64,000 nt of DNA, taken from assembly GCA_019454165.1 (NCBI GenBank), contig CP075367.1, forward strand, positions 956,179 to 1,020,178, in the 5' to 3' direction. Numbering within the stretch: position 1 is the first letter of the stretch; every line of letters begins with the position of its first letter. Below, in pieces: positions 20,010-28,891 of the stretch. The stretch comes from Anaerolineales bacterium. Its GTDB lineage: Bacteria > Chloroflexota > Anaerolineae > Anaerolineales > UBA11579. Below the pieces are notes generated by a model. The model was not told the DNA's origin, did not search any database, and was given only the letters and a program-made list of their open reading frames with translations. The position numbers and the translations under genes are program-made.

Positions 20010-20777
20010 ATGAAGTTTCTCAAGATCACTGCATTTCTGGCCATTATTGCATTTTGCGCATGGGCGTTGTGGACCGGGCAACAATCGCCGCGGCCTACGG
20101 TGATCGCGGCTGTGCCCACGGCGGAGTGTGCTGCGCAGCACTTGCCGGCGGAGTATCACGCCCTTGGCTCGGCGCTGCGCGAGTTTGATGATGCGCTCAA
20201 CCTGGCCATCAGCGTGCCGCGTGACATGGTGATCGCCCAGGTGGAGCAGTTGCAGCGCGTGCGCCGCGAGGTTGAGGCGGCCCAGGTGCCGGCCTGCCTT
20301 GAGGCGTACCGGGCCAGTGTGGTGCGTTATATGAACCGTGTGGTCGATCTGCTGGTGGCGTTTGTCGCCGGGGCAGCTCCCAGCCAGATCTCGGATGCGT
20401 TGTTCGGCGCTACTGACTTGCGCCAGGAGATCTTTGCTGAGATCACATTGCTGACCGGTATCAGCCCCACGCCGTATCCGACCGCGGTTCCGTTGGCATC
20501 GGCTACGCCTGAAGCTGCGGTAGGCATCCCGGTCACTGGGGCACCCCAGGCCGCGCTGGCCCTGGTGACGCACGCGGATGGCGTAAATTTGCGTGAAGGG
20601 CCGGGGGTCAATTACACCTTTTACATCGTAGTGGGGGCGGGCAGCCAGCTGCCTGTTTTGGGGGTGGATGCCAGCCGGCAGTGGCTCAAAGTACAGGTCA
20701 ACGAGCAGGAAGGTTGGGTGTTCCTGCCTCTGGTCGAGCTCAATTTACCCGTAGAAAGCCTGCTTGTGCTCGAATAG
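20010..20777 (+). CDS. Membrane-anchored protein with C-terminal SH3b domain
   Basis: ATG 20010 gives MKFLKITAFLAIIAFCAWALW (TM anchor). The C-terminus VNLREGPGVNYTFYIVVGAGSQLPVLGVDASRQWLKVQVNEQEGWVF is bacterial-SH3-like. Confidence 0.6.
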   Translation: MKFLKITAFLAIIAFCAWALWTGQQSPRPTVIAAVPTAECAAQHLPAEYHALGSALREFDDALNLAISVPRDMVIAQVEQLQRVRREVEAAQVPACLEAYRASVVRYMNRVVDLLVAFVAGAAPSQISDALFGATDLRQEIFAEITLLTGISPTPYPTAVPLASATPEAAVGIPVTGAPQAALALVTHADGVNLREGPGVNYTFYIVVGAGSQLPVLGVDASRQWLKVQVNEQEGWVFLPLVELNLPVESLLVLE

Positions 20778-20802
20778 CCTTACATTTTTGAAATTTACTC
20801 CT

Positions 20803-20831
20803 TGACAACTTTCTAAACTGTTAGTAGATTT
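20803..20831 (+). promoter_or_regulatory. Sigma-70-type promoter (TTGACA-17-TAGATT)
   Basis: TTGACA at 20803-20808, a 17-nt spacer, and TAGATT at 20826-20831. It lies ~80 nt upstream of ATG 20914. Confidence 0.55.
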
Positions 20832-20913
20832 CAGGTAACAATTCTGTTAGGTGACCAGCCGCCTGGGGAACTTTCGCTGCTGCCTTCCGGGGGTCACACA
20901 TAAAGGGAGAACT

Positions 20914-23565
20914 ATGAACTTCAGTTTTCGTTTCAAGTTGATGAGCGCAGCCATGGCGTTTGTGCTCATCTTTTCGATGGCAACGCCGATCGTGGCATTT
21001 GCCAACGAAGCTACGCCCGAGGAACCAACCACGGGTGAAAGCACGCCCCCCGCGGAAGAGCCCGCGCCGGAGGAGACTCCTGCTGCTGACTCTGCGGAAG
21101 GCGACGGCGAGGAGGCCTCAGCAGAAGAACCTGCCCCGCAGGAGACTCTGGCTGATGTGGTGCAGGCCCTCAGCGAATCTGAGGCTGTGTTGGTGGATGC
21201 CAATGGCGCACCGCTGGCTTTGGCGACCAACGAGGCCGCAGAGTTGCTGGCCAACCCTGATCCTTACATTGAGCGCGGTGGGATCACGTATCGCTTCCTC
21301 AACGATTGTTCGGCTTTCCCGGACGACCCAGAGAACATCTGCTATGAGTCTGCGACTCTAACTCCGATCCAGGATGCAATTGACTTTGCCATCGCTGGTG
21401 AAACTGTGCATGTTCTGGCCGGTGTTTTCACGGAGCAGGTTGTGATCAATAAGGACCTGACCTTGAAGGGCACTCCGGGTGCCATCATCAAGGCGCCGAC
21501 CACCCTGCCTGAGCACTTTGTTACCTCTGGTAACAATCGCCCCATCATCTATGTACACGATGCCAACAATGTGGTCATTGATGGCTTTGTTATCGATGGT
21601 GATAACAAAGGCGATGCGAATGCGCTAATGAATCGCTTTGTTGGCATTGGCTTTTACAACGCGGGTGGCACGATCTCCAACAATACGGTCACCAATGTCA
21701 TGGACAGTGTGCTCAAAGGCACTCAGCATGGCAATGCTATCTACGTTTATAGCGATGATGGCGTTGCCCGCACGGTGGTTATTGACGGCAATGTGGTCAA
21801 TAACTATCAAAAGAACGGCATCACTGTGCATGGCACCAACCTGAACGCCGAGATCACCAACAACACGGTCACCGGCGCGGGCACGACCACTGTCATCGCT
21901 CAGAACGGTATCCAGGTGTCTGGCGGTGCCGTTGCGCTGATCGAGGGCAACGATATCTCCGGGAATGACTATGGCAATACCAGTTGGGCCTCTACCGGCA
22001 TCTTGCTTAACGGGGCTGGTGATGGCGTTGAAATTCGTGACAATCAGATCCACGACAACCAGACCAACATCTATGCGATTGCTTCTGATGATCTGACCTT
22101 GGAGAACAACACGATTTCCGGGTCTTCGTTGTACTACAACGTGCTGTTGTACAACTTGGATGGTGCAACGGTAACCGGCAACACGATCAGCGACGCGGAT
22201 AATGAAGGCCTTGTGATCTACGACGCTGACAACGTGGATGTGAACGGCAACACCTTCTCTAACAATGGAACCGGCATCTACTCGGTATACGCCACGAATG
22301 TGACCATCAATCAGAATGACATCACTGGCAATGGGGTTGGCGTGTGGAATGATGATGTTACTGTTCTAGACGCCACCAACAACTATTGGGGTTGTGCTAC
22401 CGGCGCCAACACGGCTGGTTGCGATACCACCAGTGGTAACGTGGACACTGACCCCTCTCTGACCAACTCCATCTTCTTTGTGGATACCGATGGCGATGGC
22501 GTTGAAGATTCCCTGGACAACTGTCCCTTGGTTGCCAATGCGGACCAAGCTGACAGCGACGGCAATGGCGTGGGCGATGCTTGCGAGCCCCCGGCGCCTG
22601 TCGACACTGACGGCGATGGCATTCAAGATTCTCTGGACAACTGCCCCTTGGTTGCGAATGCGGACCAGGCTGACAGTGACGGTGATGGTGTAGGCGACGC
22701 CTGCGACACCACGACTGATGATGAAGATGACGACGTCGTGGTGCTCGTACCTGTTGGCGGTGGCCTGTTCATCCCGGTGACGGGCGGCCAAACCCAGAGC
22801 CTGAACCTGGACGCGCTGAGCACCACTGGCCTGTTGCAGCTGATCGCTGCCAACCAGTTCCCCCTGGCGGCAGAGGGCGGCTTCTTCTCCTTCTCCTGTG
22901 TGCTGAAGAGCGTGACCACGCTGACCCCTGACCAGTACATCGTGCAGGATGGCAAGACGGTTACCTCGGTTGGCCAGTGCAGCTACATGGCTAATGACGT
23001 GGAGCGCACCATCACGCTCGCCCTGACCTACCTGGGCGAGGGCGGCAGCTTTGCCCCTGGCGATGTGCTGCTGGTGAACCTGGCCGAAGGCGACTTTGCC
23101 GGCTTCGCCAACAGCGGCAACCCCTTCGATGCCGGCAACTTCATGCTGGCCAGCTCGCTGGATCGCATCGGCGTGACCGGCACGCTGGAGCTGACCGCGG
23201 ACGAGCTGCTGAGCGCGCTGGAAGGCGTGGCCGAGCCTGAGTTCCCGCTGACCGAAGAGGACGGTGCGTACGAGCTGGCTTGTGTGCTCGAGAGCGTGAC
23301 CGTGCTCGACGAAGGTGTTGAGCTGGAAGACGGCCAGGTGGCTACCGCCATCGGCGTCTGCAGTTACCTGCTGGACGGCGGCAAGCAGAGCGTGATCGTG
23401 GCCCTGAACTACGAGGGCGGCACGGACAGCTACTCGCCCGGCGAAGTACTCTCGCTGAGCCTGAGCGGCGACGCGGCTGTGAGCTTTGCTGGCAGCGGTA
23501 ACCCCGAGGACTTGGGCGGCATGGTGCAGCCCGACGGCCTGGAAGTTACCGGAGATGTGAACTAG
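20914..23565 (+). CDS. Large secreted protein: right-handed beta-helix repeats + thrombospondin type-3 repeats + duplicated C-terminal domain
   Basis: SD AGGGAGA precedes ATG 20914. Signal peptide [30 protein letters not shown]. Many NNT(V/I)(S/T)G beta-helix turns. Two TSP3 repeats DTDGDG(V/I)[20 protein letters not shown](N/D)GVGDAC, and two homologous ~110-aa C-terminal modules. Confidence 0.75.
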   Translation: MNFSFRFKLMSAAMAFVLIFSMATPIVAFANEATPEEPTTGESTPPAEEPAPEETPAADSAEGDGEEASAEEPAPQETLADVVQALSESEAVLVDANGAPLALATNEAAELLANPDPYIERGGITYRFLNDCSAFPDDPENICYESATLTPIQDAIDFAIAGETVHVLAGVFTEQVVINKDLTLKGTPGAIIKAPTTLPEHFVTSGNNRPIIYVHDANNVVIDGFVIDGDNKGDANALMNRFVGIGFYNAGGTISNNTVTNVMDSVLKGTQHGNAIYVYSDDGVARTVVIDGNVVNNYQKNGITVHGTNLNAEITNNTVTGAGTTTVIAQNGIQVSGGAVALIEGNDISGNDYGNTSWASTGILLNGAGDGVEIRDNQIHDNQTNIYAIASDDLTLENNTISGSSLYYNVLLYNLDGATVTGNTISDADNEGLVIYDADNVDVNGNTFSNNGTGIYSVYATNVTINQNDITGNGVGVWNDDVTVLDATNNYWGCATGANTAGCDTTSGNVDTDPSLTNSIFFVDTDGDGVEDSLDNCPLVANADQADSDGNGVGDACEPPAPVDTDGDGIQDSLDNCPLVANADQADSDGDGVGDACDTTTDDEDDDVVVLVPVGGGLFIPVTGGQTQSLNLDALSTTGLLQLIAANQFPLAAEGGFFSFSCVLKSVTTLTPDQYIVQDGKTVTSVGQCSYMANDVERTITLALTYLGEGGSFAPGDVLLVNLAEGDFAGFANSGNPFDAGNFMLASSLDRIGVTGTLELTADELLSALEGVAEPEFPLTEEDGAYELACVLESVTVLDEGVELEDGQVATAIGVCSYLLDGGKQSVIVALNYEGGTDSYSPGEVLSLSLSGDAAVSFAGSGNPEDLGGMVQPDGLEVTGDVN

Positions 23566-23581
23566 CTCCGCAACACGAAAC

Positions 23582-23611
23582 AAAAAGGGCGGCCATATGG
23601 CCGCCCTTTTT
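23582..23611. terminator. Bidirectional intrinsic terminator
   Basis: AAAAAGGGCGGCCA-tat-GGCCGCCCTTTTT lies between convergent genes. Confidence 0.9.
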
Positions 23612-23615
23612 GTTT

Positions 23616-23993
23616 CTATTTGCCTTCCATTTGCTCAAGCCGTTTTTTGGCTGTTATGTCCAGCGAGAGGATCATGGCCCCGTCTGGCCAGGGGAGGATG
23701 TTGAGATCGAACCAGCCTTCGCTGCCGTCAGGATAGTTGAAGTGGTTGAGCATGCGATGGGGCTGGCCGCTTTCCATCACTTCTTTGAGCTTGGTGAACA
23801 TTTCGGTGTTCTCAATGCCCGGGTAGGCTTCCATCATGGTCTTGCCGAGTAGATTTTCCCAGGTCTGCTTGCCCTGCTCGAGAATGACTTCGTTGAGGAA
23901 CAGATACTTGAAATCCCGGCTAATGATCTGGCAGCCTTCCAGCAGGCGGTTGAAGAAGGCGTAGTCTTCCAAAGTTACTTTGTGTTTGTCCAT
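23616..23993 (-). CDS. Stand-alone PAS domain protein
   Basis: 125 aa with a PAS-like core (CQIISRDFKYLFLNEV...GWFDLNILPWPDGAMILSLDITAKK). GC is lower than the surroundings. Confidence 0.6.
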   Translation of the reverse strand: MDKHKVTLEDYAFFNRLLEGCQIISRDFKYLFLNEVILEQGKQTWENLLGKTMMEAYPGIENTEMFTKLKEVMESGQPHRMLNHFNYPDGSEGWFDLNILPWPDGAMILSLDITAKKRLEQMEGK

Positions 23994-24091
23994 CTCTCCC
24001 GTCCCTGGTTGTTGGGTTGGTTGAATTATGGCACGATTTGAGCCTGAGAATGAACACTGACATATAATCTACTGCAAGGAGAATCCAGACC

Positions 24092-24772
24092 ATGATGCCG
24101 ATCGGTGATGACAACAGCGGCCGCCACCGTACCCCCGTGGTGACCTATGCATTGCTTGCGCTGAATGTGCTTGTGTTCCTACTGGAACTGATGCTGGGCG
24201 ACGCTTTCATAGTGGAGTGGGCATTCGTGCCAGCGCGCTTTGTGCAAAACCCGATCTGGGAATCGACCACGATCTTCAGCGCCATGTTCATGCACGCCGG
24301 CATTGTGCACCTGGGCGGCAACATGCTGTACCTGTGGATCTTTGGCGACAATGTGGAAGACAACTTTGGCCGCCTCAAGTTCTTGATCTTCTATATCCTA
24401 AGCGGTATCGGCGCTACCTTCTTGCAATTCATCTTCAATCCGGATTCCAACATTCCCAACCTGGGCGCCTCGGGCGCCATCGCAGGTGTGTTGGGCGCTT
24501 ACCTGGTCATGTTCCCCGGGCGGCGTATCAATGTGCTGGTGGGGCGCTTCATCACCCAGATGAACGCCTTGATCGTGATCGGTTTCTGGTTCGTGCTGCA
24601 GCTGTTCAGCGGGCTGGGCTCGCTGGACCCGAGCGCGGCCGACGTAGGCGGCGTGGCGTATATGGCCCATATCGGCGGCTTCATTGCCGGTTTCGTACTC
24701 TCGTTCATTTTCAGGGATAGGAGCCGCCTGCGGCAGATCTCGCCGCCGAGTGGCGGACGGTATATCGGATAA
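24092..24772 (+). CDS. Rhomboid family intramembrane serine protease
   Basis: HxxxN region ([17 protein letters not shown]), catalytic [13 protein letters not shown] and downstream AHIGGFIAG. Confidence 0.9.
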   Translation: MMPIGDDNSGRHRTPVVTYALLALNVLVFLLELMLGDAFIVEWAFVPARFVQNPIWESTTIFSAMFMHAGIVHLGGNMLYLWIFGDNVEDNFGRLKFLIFYILSGIGATFLQFIFNPDSNIPNLGASGAIAGVLGAYLVMFPGRRINVLVGRFITQMNALIVIGFWFVLQLFSGLGSLDPSAADVGGVAYMAHIGGFIAGFVLSFIFRDRSRLRQISPPSGGRYIG

Positions 24773-24804
24773 GAAAAAAGACGGCCATCCGGCCGTCTTT
24801 TTTC
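24773..24804. terminator. Bidirectional intrinsic terminator
   Basis: AAAAAAGACGGCCA-tc-CGGCCGTCTTTTTT lies between convergent genes. Confidence 0.85.
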
Positions 24805-25254
24805 TTAGAGTAATCTTTCGAACTCTTTGCCGTAGTCTCGCAAATCATAAATAAAACCTTGCCACCCGGCGCGACGAGCAGTATCACTTAGTGGTTTTCT
24901 GGGCACAAACAGATTTGGACGTTGTTTACTGGCTGGCAGATAAAAGATCGCTCTTTGCTTATTACTTGGACTCACTACTACGACAAACAAGGAAAAATAG
25001 ATGCCTTGATCCATGCGATCTTTCTGTACCTGCCAGGCTGCGCCGAGGATTTTAGTCGGCAGCTTATCGACTTTCACTTGGTTAGTTGCCTTAACCTGAG
25101 CTAGGAATCCACAAAAATCACATATCAGATCAGCACACTTAAAGTTGGGAGGAAGCCGTTTCAGGGAACCTTGTCGTTTGCAATTCGGACAGGCGCAAGA
25201 CCCGATCACAAGCTTCTCTCCATATTCGCCTAATTTTTGCTTTTCAGTACTCAT
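24805..25254 (-). CDS. DpnI-like (Dam-replacing family) PD-(D/E)XK nuclease domain protein, no winged-helix domain
   Basis: From ATG 25254 (149 aa): CPNCKRQGSLKRLPPNFKCADLICDFCGFLAQVK (CxxC...CxxC plus D...xVK). The C-terminal RKPLSDTARRAGWQGFIYDL matches my recollection of the DpnI catalytic domain (RKPLAPTARRAGWIGC). The gene is markedly AT-richer than its flanks. Confidence 0.55.
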   Translation of the reverse strand: MSTEKQKLGEYGEKLVIGSCACPNCKRQGSLKRLPPNFKCADLICDFCGFLAQVKATNQVKVDKLPTKILGAAWQVQKDRMDQGIYFSLFVVVVSPSNKQRAIFYLPASKQRPNLFVPRKPLSDTARRAGWQGFIYDLRDYGKEFERLL

Positions 25255-25344
25255 TGCATCCTCGGCTCCTATCCCTTGACAAGTGCCATTGTAATTGTGG
25301 CTTCTAATTATTAGAGGGTACGATCGATTCCAAAAGGGGGAACT

Positions 25345-27075
25345 ATGCAAGAACTAGCGCACTTTCAGTCTATCGCCACTCATATGATCGCGGCTGACCG
25401 CCAGCGTGACCAGATGCTGCGCGCCATGGACACCATGTGGCACAACCGCTGGCAGCTGCCGCCGGCCCTGCACGCCGTGGGCTGGGTGCATAAGGTGGTG
25501 AGCACCGACCCGCACGATGCCGTGCGGGCCGGTACGCGGGTACTCAGCTCGGTGGCGCCGCGCATCACCGCCCAGCCGCTAGGCTACGCCCAGGGCGGGG
25601 CGCAGGCCGCCCGCCAGCAGGCCGAGCGCATCGAGCGCGCCCTGGCCTGGCACTTCCGCAACGCCAGCCGCCGGCGGCGTGCCAGCATTTTGCGGGATGT
25701 GGTGCTGAGCGCGCTGCTGTACGACGAGGTGGTGGCCCAGGTGGTGTACCTGCCCGCCCAGCAGCAAGCCGCCCGCCAGCTGGGTCTGGCCGCCAGCGGC
25801 CTGGCCAGCAGGCCTGCCCAGCGCTTCGGGCCGTTCGCCATCATTGTGCGCAACCCGCAGCACGTGCATGTGCGCTATTCCGATTGGGCGCCGGAGGCGG
25901 TGCTGCTGAAGCAGGTCATGCCGCTCGGCGAGGCGGCCGCGTTTTGGGGCGGGGCCCTGACCGAGAAGCTGCCCCGGCCGCGCCGCGGCCGGGCGGCTAA
26001 GCGGGCCGAGGAGCTGCGCTACTGCACCATCTTCGATTACATGGATAGCGAGCAGCGCGCCGTGTGGGCCGTGCTGCAGGAGGACGGCGCGGCGCTGGCC
26101 GAGCCGACCGGCAGCGAGCAGGCCGCCGCCATCGAAATCCTGCGCGAGGAGCACGGGCTGGGCTTCCTGCCCTGGGCCGCCAAGGTGGGCGGCACCACGC
26201 TGCACAGCGGCGGCGCCCAGCGCATCCCGCTGCTGGCTTCGGTCTTTCAGTCGGGGCAGTGGGATACCCAGAACATCGTCGAGACTTTACTGGCGTCTGA
26301 GGTCATCGCCTACGCGGCTGCCCCGCGCCTCAAGGTGGAGGGGCCGACTGCTGAAGTGGATGTGGACTACAGCGAGCCGGGTCGGGTGGTGCACGTGCCG
26401 CCCGGCCACCAGCTCAACCCGCTGGCCGCGCCCGGGCTGGACGAGAGCCTGGCGCGCATCGCCGAGCGCGTGGCGGAGCGCATGGGCAAGAGCACGGTGC
26501 CGCGGGTGCTGCAAACCGCCGACTTCCCCAATGGCACAGCCTTCGCCACGCTCAACCTGGCGACCCAGAGCGGCATCAAGAGCCTAACGCCGTACAAAGA
26601 GCTGGCCGAGGATGCGCTGGCCGAGGTGTTCCAACTGATGCTGAGCTGGGTGCAGCACAGCGGCCAGGCGCTGGATGCGTATGTCAACCAGCGCGGCCGG
26701 AGCCAGCCGATCCGGCTGGACCCGAGCGAGGGTGACCTGACCGAGGTGCTGATCGATGTGGAGCTGACCGCGGATGTGCCTACCGACCGGATGGCGCGCA
26801 TTAATGCGGCCAGCATGGCGGTGCGCGATCTGGGCTACAGCCGCGAGCGGGCTTTGGAGCAGATCGGTGAGACGGATGCAAAAGAGGTGATGGCCGAGGC
26901 CGAGCGCGAGCAGCTGGCGGCGGCCCGCCTGGAGGCGCGCAAGCGCCAATTGCTGGCCGGCGCGGCGCCGGAGCCTGCGACCGTGAGCACGCAGGGCATG
27001 GACCCGGCCGCAGGCGGCCTGCCCCCGGTTGTTGCGAACCCGGAGGCAGTAGCCGGGGCGAATGTGAGGGAGTAG
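25345..27075 (+). CDS. Phage portal-like protein (podovirus type)
   Basis: 576 aa. The call rests on size, an acidic/coiled C-terminus (EREQLAAARLEARKRQLLA) and overall resemblance to head-tail connector proteins. SD is AAAAGGGGGAACT-ATG. Assigned by family flavour and context, not by a sharp motif. Confidence 0.55.
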   Translation: MQELAHFQSIATHMIAADRQRDQMLRAMDTMWHNRWQLPPALHAVGWVHKVVSTDPHDAVRAGTRVLSSVAPRITAQPLGYAQGGAQAARQQAERIERALAWHFRNASRRRRASILRDVVLSALLYDEVVAQVVYLPAQQQAARQLGLAASGLASRPAQRFGPFAIIVRNPQHVHVRYSDWAPEAVLLKQVMPLGEAAAFWGGALTEKLPRPRRGRAAKRAEELRYCTIFDYMDSEQRAVWAVLQEDGAALAEPTGSEQAAAIEILREEHGLGFLPWAAKVGGTTLHSGGAQRIPLLASVFQSGQWDTQNIVETLLASEVIAYAAAPRLKVEGPTAEVDVDYSEPGRVVHVPPGHQLNPLAAPGLDESLARIAERVAERMGKSTVPRVLQTADFPNGTAFATLNLATQSGIKSLTPYKELAEDALAEVFQLMLSWVQHSGQALDAYVNQRGRSQPIRLDPSEGDLTEVLIDVELTADVPTDRMARINAASMAVRDLGYSRERALEQIGETDAKEVMAEAEREQLAAARLEARKRQLLAGAAPEPATVSTQGMDPAAGGLPPVVANPEAVAGANVRE

Positions 27076-27093
27076 GGCTGGCAATGCAAACAT

Positions 27094-27252
27094 AGGGGCG
27101 GGGTTACCCGCCCCTACAAAAAGCCAATGTCATTCCGAGCAGAAGGGGGAAGCCTTCAGCACGGTTGCTGCTTGGAAGATAGGTAACGATGGATTCCTCC
27201 CTGATGCGGCATCGGCGGTCTGGTGTGGACTTCGATACCCGGTCGGAATGAC
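27094..27252. repeat. Intergenic repeat element, copy A (GC hairpin + GTCATTCCGA...TCGGAATGAC)
   Basis: GGGGCGGGG-tta-CCCGCCCC hairpin, then GTCATTCCGAGC (27129) ... CGGCGGTCTGGTGTGG ... GGTCGGAATGAC (27241-27252). Confidence 0.7.
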
Positions 27253-27261
27253 TTGAGGATT

Positions 27262-27296
27262 GCGGGGTGTACGCTGCTTCGCAGCGTACACCCCGC
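27262..27296. terminator. Long GC hairpin between convergent genes
   Basis: GCGGGGTGTACGCTGC-ttc-GCAGCGTACACCCCGC is a 16-bp stem. The U-tract is weak. Confidence 0.5.
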
Positions 27297-27300
27297 TTGT

Positions 27301-28077
27301 CTAGCTAAAGTCCAGGCCGATGTCAAAGGTGGCGGAATAGCCATCGTCTTGCGGAGTCAGGGATAGCAACGTCTGCCCGCCGCTCTGGCCGAAAATGCCG
27401 TCCTGGTTGTTGCGCAGGTACTCGCCGCTTTTTTGGTAATCGGCCAGTTGGTAGACCTCGTCTGACATGGCTTCGTCAAAGAAGAGCTGCGAGGTGAAGT
27501 CATAGCCGGCATCGGCGGGCGGATAATTGCGGATCTTGAAATGGATGTGCACTGCCCGGCCCTGATACCAGCCGGGGTAGATGGTGGTGAAGCGCGCCAG
27601 GCCGTTCTGATCGGTGACCTGGTAGCCGCGCAGGAACTTTTGCCCGGCGGTGCTGCCGAAGGTGGGGTCGGACGCGTCGGAGTACACGCCTTGCGCATCG
27701 CAGTGCCAGATGTCCACCATGGCGTTGGGCATGGGGCTGCACATGTTGTCCGCTACGTTGGATACCAGGAAGGTCAGCGTGAGCGGCAGGCCCGGGCGCA
27801 GGCTGCCGTCGCTCGGATCGCTGCGCACGTCTGAGCGCTCCAGGCGCTCATCTACGAAGTATGGCCCTTCGGTGAGGGCGGGGCGGGCGATGCAGCTGGG
27901 CAGGGCGGCGGTGCTGCTGGCGGCCGGGGTCGTGCCGCTGGCCGCGGTGGCCACTGCTTCGGTCAGGCTGCCGGTTTGGGCGCAGGCGGCCAGCAGGGCC
28001 GCGCCGCTGAGCCCGAACAGGGTCAGGGCTTCACGCCGGGAGAGGATATTGCCTATGGGCTTGTCGTCGTTGTCCAT
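27301..28077 (-). CDS. Tat-exported intradiol ring-cleavage dioxygenase family protein
   Basis: SRREALTLFGLSGAALLAAC is a Tat/lipoprotein-like leader. The intradiol dioxygenase core has IWHCDAQGVYS...YPGWYQGRAVHIHFKI. Confidence 0.8.
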   Translation of the reverse strand: MDNDDKPIGNILSRREALTLFGLSGAALLAACAQTGSLTEAVATAASGTTPAASSTAALPSCIARPALTEGPYFVDERLERSDVRSDPSDGSLRPGLPLTLTFLVSNVADNMCSPMPNAMVDIWHCDAQGVYSDASDPTFGSTAGQKFLRGYQVTDQNGLARFTTIYPGWYQGRAVHIHFKIRNYPPADAGYDFTSQLFFDEAMSDEVYQLADYQKSGEYLRNNQDGIFGQSGGQTLLSLTPQDDGYSATFDIGLDFS

Positions 28078-28151
28078 GCTTGCATGCTACAGCGGCGAGA
28101 TGAGGGCAGGCTGTGAATTGTGCGTGCTGCGTTGAGGGATGTATGGGTCGC

Positions 28152-28357
28152 GGGGGGGGGGCGGGTCTAAGACCCGCCCTACGCGGCCGGTGTTTGAGTA
28201 ACTGCCAGCTGGCGGAGGACTGCACTGAGGGTGTGCGCTATTTAGAAGACCCCAGCGGGGAATCCTTCGCTGGTGGTGAGTCGGCGGTCTGGTGTGGGTT
28301 CAAGCACCCGCTCAGGATGACACGGGGGTGGTTTCGGCCTCGTTCGGAATGACAAAT
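28152..28357. repeat. Intergenic repeat element, copy B (same orientation as copy A)
   Basis: GGGCGGGTC-taa-GACCCGCCC hairpin, then GTCGGCGGTCTGGTGTGGG and TTCGGAATGACAAATC. These blocks are shared with copies A and C. Confidence 0.65.
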
Positions 28358-28771
28358 CTAGGTCAACGATTGACGGGCGCCTAGGGTCCAGGCGCTGGGG
28401 TGCTTTTCGAAGCCGATATGGGGGTAATAATCCACTGCGGCCGGGGCGGCCAGCAGGATGATCTTGGCGTCTGGGCCCAGGGCAGCCTGGGTCTCGCGGA
28501 TCAGCTGCTTGCCGATGCCGCCGCGCTGGTGGCTGGAGCTGACCGCCAGGTCAGACAGGTAGCAGCAATAGACCCAATCCGTCACGGAGCGGGAGATGCC
28601 GACCAGCTGCTCGCCCTCCCAGGCGCTGACGATCAGGTTGGCGTTGGCCAGCATCTGGCGCATGCGCTCGGTATCGTCCACCGGGCGGCGCTCGCCCAGG
28701 GTGCTGGTGCGGTACACCTGGATGGCGGCTTCTAGCTCCAGGGGGACGTTCACTTTATAGGTGATGCTCAT
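28358..28771 (-). CDS. GNAT family N-acetyltransferase
   Basis: 137 aa. LAVSSSHQRGGIGKQLIRE is the acetyl-CoA motif. Confidence 0.8.
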   Translation of the reverse strand: MSITYKVNVPLELEAAIQVYRTSTLGERRPVDDTERMRQMLANANLIVSAWEGEQLVGISRSVTDWVYCCYLSDLAVSSSHQRGGIGKQLIRETQAALGPDAKIILLAAPAAVDYYPHIGFEKHPSAWTLGARQSLT

Positions 28772-28891
28772 GGTTGGCTCGCTTTCTGGGCTGGCTGGGA
28801 CAAATCGCCAGTGAAGTAAGGATAATCGTACCTAAGGCTTTTTTGGCGATTGGCATACATTTGGGGGAAATACCTCTATCAAGGGAGAGTT

